From contig CAWKJD010000015.1 in NCBI GenBank assembly GCA_963849945.1, positions 194,673 through 258,672 of the forward strand: a DNA stretch of 64,000 nt, written 5' to 3'. The notes below the pieces were generated by a model. The model did not search any database. It saw only the letters and a list, made by a program, of their open reading frames with translations, and had not been told where the DNA came from. This document shows, in pieces, positions 38,721-46,574 of the stretch (positions are counted from its first letter, which is position 1; each line of letters begins with the position of its first letter). The DNA comes from an uncultured Bacteroidales bacterium (lineage in GTDB: Bacteria > Bacteroidota > Bacteroidia > Bacteroidales > VadinHA17). The position numbers were made by a program, and so were the translations under genes.

Positions 38721-40024
38721 GTGGCGCTGTTCTCAATAATTTCCCCGTTCATGGAAGCATCATCGCGGATGGTTGTCAGTCTCACCTGCCTGACACTATT
38801 CGGCAGATCTTTACGGTAAGGCACCAGAATCCTTATATAGTTACCTGTAAGTCCTGACAGCATGCCGTCGGAGCTTCGCTTTTCAAAGAGCACATCGTAA
38901 ACGCTGCCGCTCTGCGATTGCATAAATTGAGTGTGTTTTCTTGCCGAAAGCTTTATAAGCTGCCTGCTGCGTTGCTCTTTTTCGGTTTTTTTCACTGTCC
39001 CCGGCATTATCTCCGCCGGTGTCCCGGGACGCGGAGAGAAAGCAAACACATGCAGATAGGAGAGAGGAAGGCTTTCCAGAAAATCATAGGTCTCTTTAAA
39101 ATCAGCTTCCGTTTCACCCGGGAACCCGACAATCACGTCTGCTCCGATGGAAGCATCAGCAATCAGTTCCCTGATCTTCATCACGCGGTCATAAAAGACA
39201 TCCCTGCGGTAACGCCTTCGCATCAGTCCGAGTATCTTGTCATTGCCGCTTTGCAGTGGCATATGTATATGCGGCATCAGGATCGGGTTGCCGGCGATTA
39301 AATTTATAATGTTGTCAGTGAGAAGATTGGGCTCAATGGAAGAGAGCCTCAGCCTCTTCAGACCGTCAACCTCTACAAGTGTCATGAGCAGGTCATCGAG
39401 CGATTCCCCTGTGCTTTTTCCAAAGTCGCCAACATTTACCCCGGTGAGTACAATCTCTTTTACTCCGGAGGCAATTATCCCTCTGGCCCCGGCAATTATA
39501 TCGCTGATCAGCGGGTTGCGACTCTTTCCTCTTGCCAATGGCACAGTACAGTAGGAACAATGATAATCACATCCGTCCTGTATCTTCAGGAAGGAGCGGG
39601 TACGGTCTCCTGCAGACCATGATGGTATAAATTCTTCCGTATCAATTCCGTCACATGAATGAATCTCAGGCGCAGATTTTCTTCCGGTATTGTCTATATA
39701 AGAGGCGATGTCAAACTTCTCATAAGTTCCGAGCACGAGATCGACACCTTCAATTGAAGCCACATTCTCCGGCCTGAGCTGTGCATAGCAGCCAACTACT
39801 GCAATGAACGCCTCAGGATTTCTGTTTATGATCTTCCGGACTGCCTGACGGCATTTCCGGTCAGCCGTATCAGTGACACTGCACGTATTTATTACGTAGA
39901 TATCGGCATCGTTGTCGGGTGAGACTCTCTCATACCGATCATCAGGAAATGACCGCGCAACGGTGGAGGTTTCGGCAAAATTAAGCTTGCATCCCAGTGT
40001 CTGAAACGCTACCTTCTTCTTCAA
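38717..40024 (-). CDS. mtaB: tRNA t6A37 methylthiotransferase MtaB (radical SAM MTTase)
   Basis: N-terminus TLGCKLNFAETS. Radical-SAM CDYHCSYC motif. C-terminal TRAM-like region. About 435 aa. Confidence 0.8.
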   Translation of the reverse strand: MKKKVAFQTLGCKLNFAETSTVARSFPDDRYERVSPDNDADIYVINTCSVTDTADRKCRQAVRKIINRNPEAFIAVVGCYAQLRPENVASIEGVDLVLGTYEKFDIASYIDNTGRKSAPEIHSCDGIDTEEFIPSWSAGDRTRSFLKIQDGCDYHCSYCTVPLARGKSRNPLISDIIAGARGIIASGVKEIVLTGVNVGDFGKSTGESLDDLLMTLVEVDGLKRLRLSSIEPNLLTDNIINLIAGNPILMPHIHMPLQSGNDKILGLMRRRYRRDVFYDRVMKIRELIADASIGADVIVGFPGETEADFKETYDFLESLPLSYLHVFAFSPRPGTPAEIMPGTVKKTEKEQRSRQLIKLSARKHTQFMQSQSGSVYDVLFEKRSSDGMLSGLTGNYIRILVPYRKDLPNSVRQVRLTTIRDDASMNGEIIENSAT

Positions 40025-40071
40025 ATTTAAATGGTTACTGTTCCGGCTGCTAAATTAGTAAAAAAGCCGGT

Positions 40072-41410
40072 CTAAAGGAGCCTGCTCGCCAGTTCCGCCA
40101 GAAAGCTTCTCTCACCCTTCACCAGATGGACATGAGTAAAGAGATCCAGTCCTTTCATTCTGTCAGAAAGGTAGCTCAGTCCGTTGGAGCCTGAATCCAG
40201 GTATGGAGAGTTCTATCTGTTCGATGTCGCCGGTAAAGATCATCTTTGTTCCTTCACCTGCCCTGGTAATAATGGTCTTGACCTCGTGCGGTGTCAGGTT
40301 TTGTGCCTCGTCAACAATGAAGAAGATATTCGAGAGGCTCCTTCCCCGGATATATGCGAGAGGTGTGATTACCAGCTTCTCATCCTTGATCATGTCATTG
40401 ATACGTATGAATTCAGGACTCTGTGCGCTGAAACGGTGTTTGATGACGGTGAGGTTATCAAACAGAGGCTGCATGTATGGGTCCATCTTCTCTTTCACAT
40501 CGCCGGGCAGATATCCCATATCACGGTTTGCCAGGGGGACGATGGGTCTGGCGAGGAATATCTGCTTATAGCGTTTATGCTGATGAAGAGCTGCGGCCAG
40601 CGCCAGCAGCGTCTTGCCGGTCCCGGCCTTGCCCGTGAGTGCGACAAGCTGAACGTCAGGGTTGCACAGGGCATCGAGGGCAAATGTCTGTTCTGCATTA
40701 CGAGGTTCAATGCCATAGGTCGTCTGCTTCAGTACCCTGACAAGCATCTTCGACACAGGGTTATAGTGAGCAAGGGCGCTCGAATTGCCGTTTCGCAGAA
40801 TGAAAAAATGATGACCGGGCTCCTGATCCCTGACCTTCAGCTCCGTGGCCGGCACGCCATCTGGCTGCTCATAAAGCTTGTTTATCAGCGCATGATCAAT
40901 ATTCTCAATAGTCTTTATCCCCTTGTACAGATCATCAAGGTTAGCCACCTTGTCGTTTTGATAATCTTCAGCCACGATACCCAGTGACTTGGCTTTCATC
41001 CTCAGGTTTATATCCTTTGTGATAAGCACCACCACCTTATCCTTGTTCCCCTGAGTGACAAAATCAGCAATGGCAAGAATACGGTGATCAGCGGTTTTCT
41101 CAGGAAAAGACTCCGATACACGCTCGGAGAACTGCTTGCCTGTCTCAATATGAAGGGTGCCCAGGCTTTCACCTAACGGGATATTGCCCGTGAGGAGCAT
41201 ATCACCCGAAATCTTGTCAAGCTCCCGGGTGAATTCACGCGCATGAAAATTGATCATGTCATTTCCGTGCTTGAACTTATCAAGCTCCTCAAGCACGACA
41301 ATAGGGATGATGACATCGTTTTCCTCGAAGTTGTAGATGCATGTGTAATCATGCAATAACACGTTAGTGTCAAGAATGAAAATCTTCTTTTGTTTTTTCT
41401 TTTTCGCCAT
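40072..41410 (-). pseudogene. PIN-PhoH (PhoH2/YlaK-like) ATPase interrupted by a frameshift near 40211
   Basis: ORF 40163-41410 has a PIN-like N-terminus (FILDTNVLLHD) and Walker A (GKAGTGKT). It ends abnormally just after GDIEQIE. The adjacent frame continues [46 protein letters not shown] to a TAG stop at 40072-40074. That is the expected family C-terminus. Confidence 0.75.
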
Positions 41411-41538
41411 AACAGGATAGTATTAAGCTGGCAGCAATTCCGGCGCAATTGTTACCATCGGCACAAAGATAGCCCCTCATACTACTGTCAAAAGGCAGTT
41501 TTTGTAAATTTGCGAACAACGGACACAAGGTTATTAAC

Positions 41539-42828
41539 ATGACATACAAGGAAACAACTGACTATCTCTACAGCATGCTTCCCGCCTATCACAGAATAGG
41601 CAAGGCAGCATATAAGGGGGACCTGAACAATACGATGGAGCTTGACAGCTACTTTGATCATCCGCACCGCAGGTTCCGCACTCTGCATGTGGCGGGAACG
41701 AACGGCAAGGGATCTGTCTCTCATATGCTTGCTTCAATATTACAGGAAGCCGGATACCGTACCGGGCTGTATACATCGCCACACCTGAGGGATTTCCGCG
41801 AAAGGATAAGGTTAAACGGGATGATGATCAGTGAGGAGGAGGTCGTTTCTTTTGTCGAAAAACATGATGAGGTCATTAAGAAAATTGCTCCTTCTTTTTT
41901 TGAGTTAACGGTCGCGCTGGCATTCGATTATTTTGCAAGGATGAATGTGGAGGTAGCTGTTATAGAGGTTGGCATGGGAGGCAGGCTTGATTCAACGAAT
42001 ATCATTACTCCTGAATTATCTGTAATAACGAACATAGGTCATGATCATATGGAGTTTCTGGGTGATACACTCGCTGCAGTCGCCGGAGAAAAGGCAGGTA
42101 TTATCAAGGAGGGTGTGCCTGTAGTTATAGGTGAGACACAACCTGAGACCTCGGAGGTTTTTAAATCCAGGGCTGCCCTGATGCATGCGCCTGTTTTTTT
42201 TGCCGACAGGGAATTCATCTGCAATCCCGGTGAATTGAACAATGAAACCGGAGTAAGAGCATATACGCTTCAGGATCTCCTTACGGGTATAACCATGTCC
42301 GGCACAACTCCGCTGGGCGGCCTTGCGCAGAGGAAAAATATCCAGACTGTAGCTGCGGCAGTAAATATTCTTTCAGTGCCTTTTGGTCTTAATCGTGATC
42401 ATTTTCTTAACGGGGTGGCAAATGTGATCTCCAACACCGGTCTGATGGGACGCTGGCAGGTGCTGTCACACTCGCCTCTGACAGTCTGTGATACGGGGCA
42501 TAACCACGAAGGCCTTGAGTATGTGGTAAAGCAGATCGGATCAACTCCGAAAGAGCATCTTCATATGATCATCGGGTTTGTGAACGACAAGGATCTGTCT
42601 CTGGTTCTGCCTCTCATGCCGCTTGACGCGGAATATTATTTCACAAGAGCTTCCGTGCCAAGGGCGCTTGATGAGAAAATACTCAAGACTGAAGCTGAAA
42701 AGTACGGGTTAACCGGAAACAGCTATCCGACGGTTGCTGATGCCCTGAAGGCTGCAAAGGATGCGGCAGGCGCTGATGATATGATATTCATCGGAGGGTC
42801 AACGTTCGTTGTGGCGGAAGTCGTATAG
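41539..42828 (+). CDS. folC: bifunctional folylpolyglutamate synthase/dihydrofolate synthase
   Basis: 429 aa. Mur-ligase P-loop VAGTNGKGS. Other blocks: YTSPHL, EVGMGGRLDSTN, DTGHNHEG. Confidence 0.85.
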   Translation: MTYKETTDYLYSMLPAYHRIGKAAYKGDLNNTMELDSYFDHPHRRFRTLHVAGTNGKGSVSHMLASILQEAGYRTGLYTSPHLRDFRERIRLNGMMISEEEVVSFVEKHDEVIKKIAPSFFELTVALAFDYFARMNVEVAVIEVGMGGRLDSTNIITPELSVITNIGHDHMEFLGDTLAAVAGEKAGIIKEGVPVVIGETQPETSEVFKSRAALMHAPVFFADREFICNPGELNNETGVRAYTLQDLLTGITMSGTTPLGGLAQRKNIQTVAAAVNILSVPFGLNRDHFLNGVANVISNTGLMGRWQVLSHSPLTVCDTGHNHEGLEYVVKQIGSTPKEHLHMIIGFVNDKDLSLVLPLMPLDAEYYFTRASVPRALDEKILKTEAEKYGLTGNSYPTVADALKAAKDAAGADDMIFIGGSTFVVAEVV

Positions 42829-42850
42829 GCTCAGGGAAAAGGGCCCGGAA

Positions 42851-42975
42851 TTGAGAGAGTTAAGAGATAAGAGTATGAGATAAGAGATGTGAGGGGAGAG
42901 GGAGCGACTTTGCGATGAAGCGATGAGGTGACCGTGCAACTCAGAGACTTAAAGACAGTGAAGCGTGAAGACAGC
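42851..42975. repeat. purine-rich in-phase 8-nt micro-tandem mosaic
   Basis: Octamers from 42862: aagagata|agagtatg|agataaga|gatgtgag|gggagagg|gagcgact|ttgcgatg|aagcgatg|aggtgacc|gtgcaact|cagagact|taaagaca|gtgaagcg|tgaagaca. The stretch GAGATGTGAGGGGAGAGG (42884-42901) recurs as GAGATGAGGGGAGAGG at 44126-44141. Confidence 0.7.
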
Positions 42976-43056
42976 ACAATCCAGATGTACATCAGAGCGC
43001 AGGGAACCATGAGTAGTAGCCAGTAGTGACCGGCAACAAGCCCGGGCTAAAAAAAA

Positions 43057-43088
43057 TTTGACATTTCCTTTTTTGTGGCATAAATTTA
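43057..43088 (+). promoter_or_regulatory. Bacteroidetes-type promoter upstream of the esterase (pseudo)gene
   Basis: A8 tract, then TTTG (43057-43060), a 20-nt spacer, then TAAATTTA (43081-43088; one mismatch to TAnnTTTG). Confidence 0.55.
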
Positions 43089-43141
43089 TGATGACTCTAA
43101 TTAATTGAGAGACGTATATTTATTTACATAATATCCTTATC

Positions 43142-44081
43142 ATGAACAAGCATCTGAACACCGGTTTTATTATGGTTTTACTCGTAACAGGAGCACTTGC
43201 AACAGTTGTTGCACCGTGTGCACTCGCACAGGAACAAAAAACTGCATCCACACCGGACAGGTACCCGCCTGTGACTGTACCCAACACCGAGCTGATGAGT
43301 TTTCATTCGCAAATAGTTAATCAGCAGATGAACATCTTTGTCAAGCTCCCAGCCGCATACTATAAAAATCCTGAGAAGGTCTATCCGGTATGGTATGTCA
43401 CTGATGCGAATCGTTCGTTCCCGATGCTGGCAAACATGATCAGTATTTTTGATGTTCCCATTCCGACAATGCCTGAGATAGTCTTAATAGGTATAGGTTA
43501 TGAGATAGGGGATATGGCTGATTTTGCTGCATGGAGAACGAGAGATCTCACGCCGGTGAACGTCCCGGGGGCAGATGAGTACTGGGGCAAAATGCTTTCA
43601 GGGATGACTGGCAGGGAGATAACTGTCAGGTCAGGTGGTGGTCCTCTCTTTCTCAATTTCATTACTGATGAACTTTTCCCGTTTGTGGAATCCAACTATC
43701 GGGTATCATCCGGCGAGAGATGTCTCGGAGGAATTTCTTATGGCGGTCTCTTCACGCTTTATGTGATGCTTAAGAAACCGGAGCTCTTCACAAAATACTT
43801 TGCGGGCAGTCCTAGCATAGGGTATGGCGACGGTGTCCTCTTTAAGTACGAGGAAGAGTACGCAGCAACTCATGATGACCTTAATGCCAGGCTCTTTATG
43901 ACTGTTGGGTCGCTGGAGGAATTTATTGATGATATCCAACATGCACCGCATGGCAGATCAGCTCAGGTCAAGAGAATATCCGGGCTTCACCGTTGAGACA
44001 CATGTCTTCCCTGATGAATGGCACCAATCGTGCGGGGCCTCAGCAATGATGCGAGCTCTCGAAGTGCTAAATAAGAAATGA
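43142..44081 (+). pseudogene. secreted alpha/beta-hydrolase (putative esterase family) interrupted by a frameshift near 43920-43937
   Basis: ORF 43142-43996 carries the nucleophile elbow GISYGG. The +1 frame continues NMHRMADQLRSREYPGFTVETHVFPDEWHQSCGASAMMRALEVLNKK to a TGA stop at 44079-44081. That segment supplies the expected catalytic His block. Confidence 0.7.
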
Positions 44082-44106
44082 GAGAGCGACATCTTGGCTC
44101 TTTCAC

Positions 44107-44279
44107 TAAGAGACTAAGAGACTGTGAGATGAGGGGAGAGGACCGAAGGCCGAGAACTGAGATATGAGATGTGAGCGCAGAGAAGTGGGTATTCAATATT
44201 TGGTATTCGGTAATCTTGACTAAAAACTTATAAAAGTAACAGACCTTCAGACCCTCAGACCTTAAGACTTCAGATTGAG
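44107..44279. repeat. in-phase 8-nt micro-tandem mosaic (purine-rich words, then CAGACCTT family)
   Basis: taagagac|taagagac|tgtgagat|gaggggag|aggaccga|aggccgag|aactgaga|tatgagat.. and then cagacctt|cagaccct|cagacctt|aagacttc (44240-44271). Confidence 0.75.
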
Positions 44280-44334
44280 GATCCGCCAGTTGGCGGATAC
44301 GAACCGAGCAGAAGGCGAGCTCGGCGAAGCCAAA

Positions 44335-44358
44335 TCCCGACCCCAAAGGGTGTCGGGA
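44335..44358 (-). terminator. candidate terminator hairpin after the GMP synthase-like gene
   Basis: The minus strand reads TCCCGAC-accctttggg-GTCGGGA followed by TTTGG. The U-tract is weak. Confidence 0.4.
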
Positions 44359-44359
44359 C

Positions 44360-45322
44360 CTACACCGCCTCAATCGTTGACGGCGGTTTGGTGGCAATGT
44401 TATATGTAACTGACACCACACCCGGAACCTCCTTAAGAATAGATGTCGAAAGTGCCTCAAGAACGTCAAATGACAGCCTCGTGGGTCTGGCTTCACGGGC
44501 ATCAAGACTGTCCCAGCAACGTATCTCTATCTGATACCCGAAGTCGCGTTTGCCACCACGCATCCCCGTTACGTGGTCGTCATGAAGGATGGCCATATAC
44601 TGGAAAGCACCGCTTTCAGCCAGAAGGGTCTCAACTATCTCAGTGGCCTTGCGGACAATATCAAGCTTGTCCTGCGTCACCTCTCCGATGATACGTGCAG
44701 CCAGTGCCGGCCCCGGGAAGGGTATGCGATTGAAAACCTCCTCAGGAAGTCCCAGCTCCCTGCCGGTGATCCTCACTCCATCCTTGCGGAGCTGAATCAG
44801 AGGCTCAAGGATATGATAGCCGAAGGCTTTCATAGGATCTATCCCTAACTGGGCAAAGACATTATGCTGTCGTTTTATTCCTGCGACCGTCTCATCAACA
44901 TCAGTCAGGATGGTGCCTTGCAGAAGATATTTGGCATCGCTCTCAAGGACGATGCGTCCGAATACCTTCCTGTAAAAAGTCTGTGTTATAGCTTCGCGCT
45001 TTTGTTCCGGGTCTGTTATGCCTTCGAGTGCTTCAAGGAACTCCCTGCGGGCATCAATGATCTCAACGTTTACACCCAGGTTTCCGAAGAGGTCGGCTAC
45101 TCTCTTCGGCTCGCCCTCACGCATAAGCCCGTTTTGAATAAATACTGTCCTGAGCCTGTTACCCAGCGCACGGTGACCGAGCATGGTCACAACAGATGAG
45201 TCTACACCTCCTGAGAGGGCATTTATTGCTGTACCGCTGCCAACAGCAGCCCTGATCTCATTAACTTTTTCAGTTATGAATTTTTCAGTGTTCAGGTCCC
45301 GCGCTTTAATTTCCCTGGTCAT
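44360..45322 (-). CDS. GMP synthase-like N-type ATP pyrophosphatase, stand-alone (no glutamine amidotransferase domain)
   Basis: 320 aa. PP-loop SGGVDSSV. GuaA C-terminal dimerisation-like blocks: LLQGTILTDV, EPLIQLRKDGVR, PFPGPALAARI, and a tail ending PPSTIEAV. Confidence 0.7.
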   Translation of the reverse strand: MTREIKARDLNTEKFITEKVNEIRAAVGSGTAINALSGGVDSSVVTMLGHRALGNRLRTVFIQNGLMREGEPKRVADLFGNLGVNVEIIDARREFLEALEGITDPEQKREAITQTFYRKVFGRIVLESDAKYLLQGTILTDVDETVAGIKRQHNVFAQLGIDPMKAFGYHILEPLIQLRKDGVRITGRELGLPEEVFNRIPFPGPALAARIIGEVTQDKLDIVRKATEIVETLLAESGAFQYMAILHDDHVTGMRGGKRDFGYQIEIRCWDSLDAREARPTRLSFDVLEALSTSILKEVPGVVSVTYNIATKPPSTIEAV

Positions 45323-45338
45323 GATTCATGGATGTTTG

Positions 45339-45346
45339 TTGTCAGA
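45339..45346 (-). promoter_or_regulatory. -7 box (TATCTTTG on the minus strand) for the GMP synthase-like gene
   Basis: The minus strand reads TATCTTTG, 16 nt upstream of the ATG at 45322. The -33 element is not convincing. Confidence 0.35.
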
Positions 45347-45427
45347 TACAAAGATAGAAAAAAGGTATTAGGCAATAGGCAGTTGGCAATAGTGTGGGGT
45401 ATACTCAAAGGGTAAGTGGCACCCGTA

Positions 45428-45491
45428 GCAACGCCCGATCCGGGCATTGTTGGTGTCCTGGGCAAATTTCTTCCCGCCCGGGCGTCGTTGC
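45428..45491. repeat. GC-rich dispersed intergenic element (copy A)
   Basis: gcaacgcccGATCCGGGCattg..(39-nt spacing)..cCGCCCGGGCgtcgttgc. The ends are self-complementary (gcaacg..cgttgc). An inverted, diverged copy lies at 50907-50975 with the same two 9-mers at about 40-nt spacing. A fragment (agcccgggct) lies at 43040-43049. Confidence 0.65.
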
Positions 45492-45499
45492 AAAAAAAA

Positions 45500-45531
45500 T
45501 TTGACTCGTATTCAGGTGAAATGTAAATTTG
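45500..45531 (+). promoter_or_regulatory. Bacteroidetes-type promoter upstream of the beta-barrel pseudogene
   Basis: A8 tract, then TTTG (45500-45503), a 20-nt spacer, then TAAATTTG (45524-45531; a perfect TAnnTTTG). The AAAAAAAATTTGAC context is the same as at 43049-43062. Confidence 0.65.
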
Positions 45532-45644
45532 TTTTAAGCATATATAAAATCATTTTTTTTAGACTTATGGAAAAACCCTAAAATCCTCAAAAAAGCAGGG
45601 AGTGTAAGCTGAAAAACTTAAGAGTAGGCATATCAAAAAAACCT

Positions 45645-46280
45645 ATGAAGAAATTTACTCTGTTAATTGCTGTATTCTGCCTTATTGATTCCAGCGCAGC
45701 AGCACAACCTGCACAGTTGCAAAAGGGCAAAATAATGCTCGGTGTCACATCGACTATGTCTTTGGGGATAGCTGGGGCTCAGACCTTGTGGGTTTTGGCT
45801 TTTCAACACACAAAATCAAAACTGGCTCTACTACTGACACTGATTACAAAACAACCTCCTTTAATCTATTACCTAAAGGCGGATATTTTATTATTGACAA
45901 TCTTGTTGCGGGACTTGAGGTAGTGGTAAGCGGTTATATGAAAAAGATGTTGATGAAGGAGACAAAGAGGTGAGTCGCAATTTGGCATCGGGCCGTTTGT
46001 CAGATATTATTATCCTCTTGATAAGATTTATCCTTTTGCTGAGATAGAGACAATGTTTGGTTCATACAAGGAGACATGGGTAGGGGATGTATATAAAGAA
46101 GGTCTTGTAATTCGGTGGCGGTATTGGTGTTGCTTTACCCCTTGGAGACAAGATAACATTTGATTCACTTGCCGGTTACTCTCATGTCTCCTGAATGAAA
46201 AGGATGACGGAGAAGGAGACGAATTTTCTTACCTCTCAGGGGGATTAGGAATAAAAATGGGGTTTTCAATTTATCTTTAG
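45645..46280 (+). pseudogene. outer-membrane beta-barrel (porin-family-like) gene broken by multiple frameshifts
   Basis: The signal peptide MKKFTLLIAVFCLIDSSAAAQ starts in one frame. Beta-barrel-like segments then continue in shifting frames: GSDLVGFGFSTHKIKTGSTTDTDYKTTSFNLLPKGGYFIIDNLVAGLEVVVSGY; KDVDEGDKEVS; FGIGPFVRYYYPLDKIYPFAEIETMFGSYKETWVGDVYKEGLV; GGIGVALPLGDKITFDSLAGYSHVS; NEKDDGEGDEFSYLSGGLGIKMGFSIYL followed by a stop codon. Confidence 0.65.
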
Positions 46281-46333
46281 CAATAAGTAAATCTTAAATG
46301 TTGTGCAGCGTTCAATCTGCTGCGATAAACTGT

Positions 46334-46370
46334 GTTCCGGGTCTTTTCTACTGGTCCGGAACCGTTTTTA
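46334..46370 (+). terminator. candidate terminator after the beta-barrel pseudogene
   Basis: GTTCCGG-(15-nt loop)-CCGGAAC followed by CGTTTTTA. Confidence 0.35.
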
Positions 46371-46390
46371 TTAGGGAAGGTAGAGCGAGA

Positions 46391-46574
46391 GTTGAACAAA
46401 CGAACATTTGAACAATGAATGTTGAAGTAAGAAGTATACAGACCCTGAAATTCTGGAACTTTGAAACTTGAAACCTGTACCAGGGAAGGTGAACAGGTAA
46501 CTCTCAGACCTTCATACATCAGACGTTCAGACTTTAGACTTTTTTCCTACCTTAATCCCCAAATCCCAGCCATA
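46391..46574. repeat. mosaic of in-phase degenerate 8-nt micro-tandem repeats
   Basis: Cutting the region into octamers from 46391 gives runs of related words: gttgaaca|aacgaaca|tttgaaca; ggaacttt|gaaacttg|aaacctgt; ctcagacc|ttcataca|tcagacgt|tcagactt|tagacttt; cttaatcc|ccaaatcc. The same phase holds for about 180 nt, up to the ATG at 46574. Confidence 0.75.

Noticed and set aside
40184-40987. 267-aa plus-strand ORF in the track.
   Set aside because: It lies entirely antisense to the PIN-PhoH gene, which has clear Walker A and PIN motifs. Its product has no motif and a low-complexity composition. It is a shadow ORF.
44281-44334. tRNA-like string (ggcggatacgaaccgagc) and hairpins that might indicate a tRNA or tmRNA fragment.
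   Set aside because: I could not build an acceptor stem, a T-loop consensus (GTTCRANYC) or a cloverleaf. The hairpins fit the local repeat family instead.
43987-44505. 172-aa minus-strand ORF spanning the esterase/GMP synthase spacer.
   Set aside because: It reads through the octamer-repeat spacer and overlaps the 3' end of the GMP synthase-like gene out of frame. Its Arg/Leu-rich product is typical of translated repeats.
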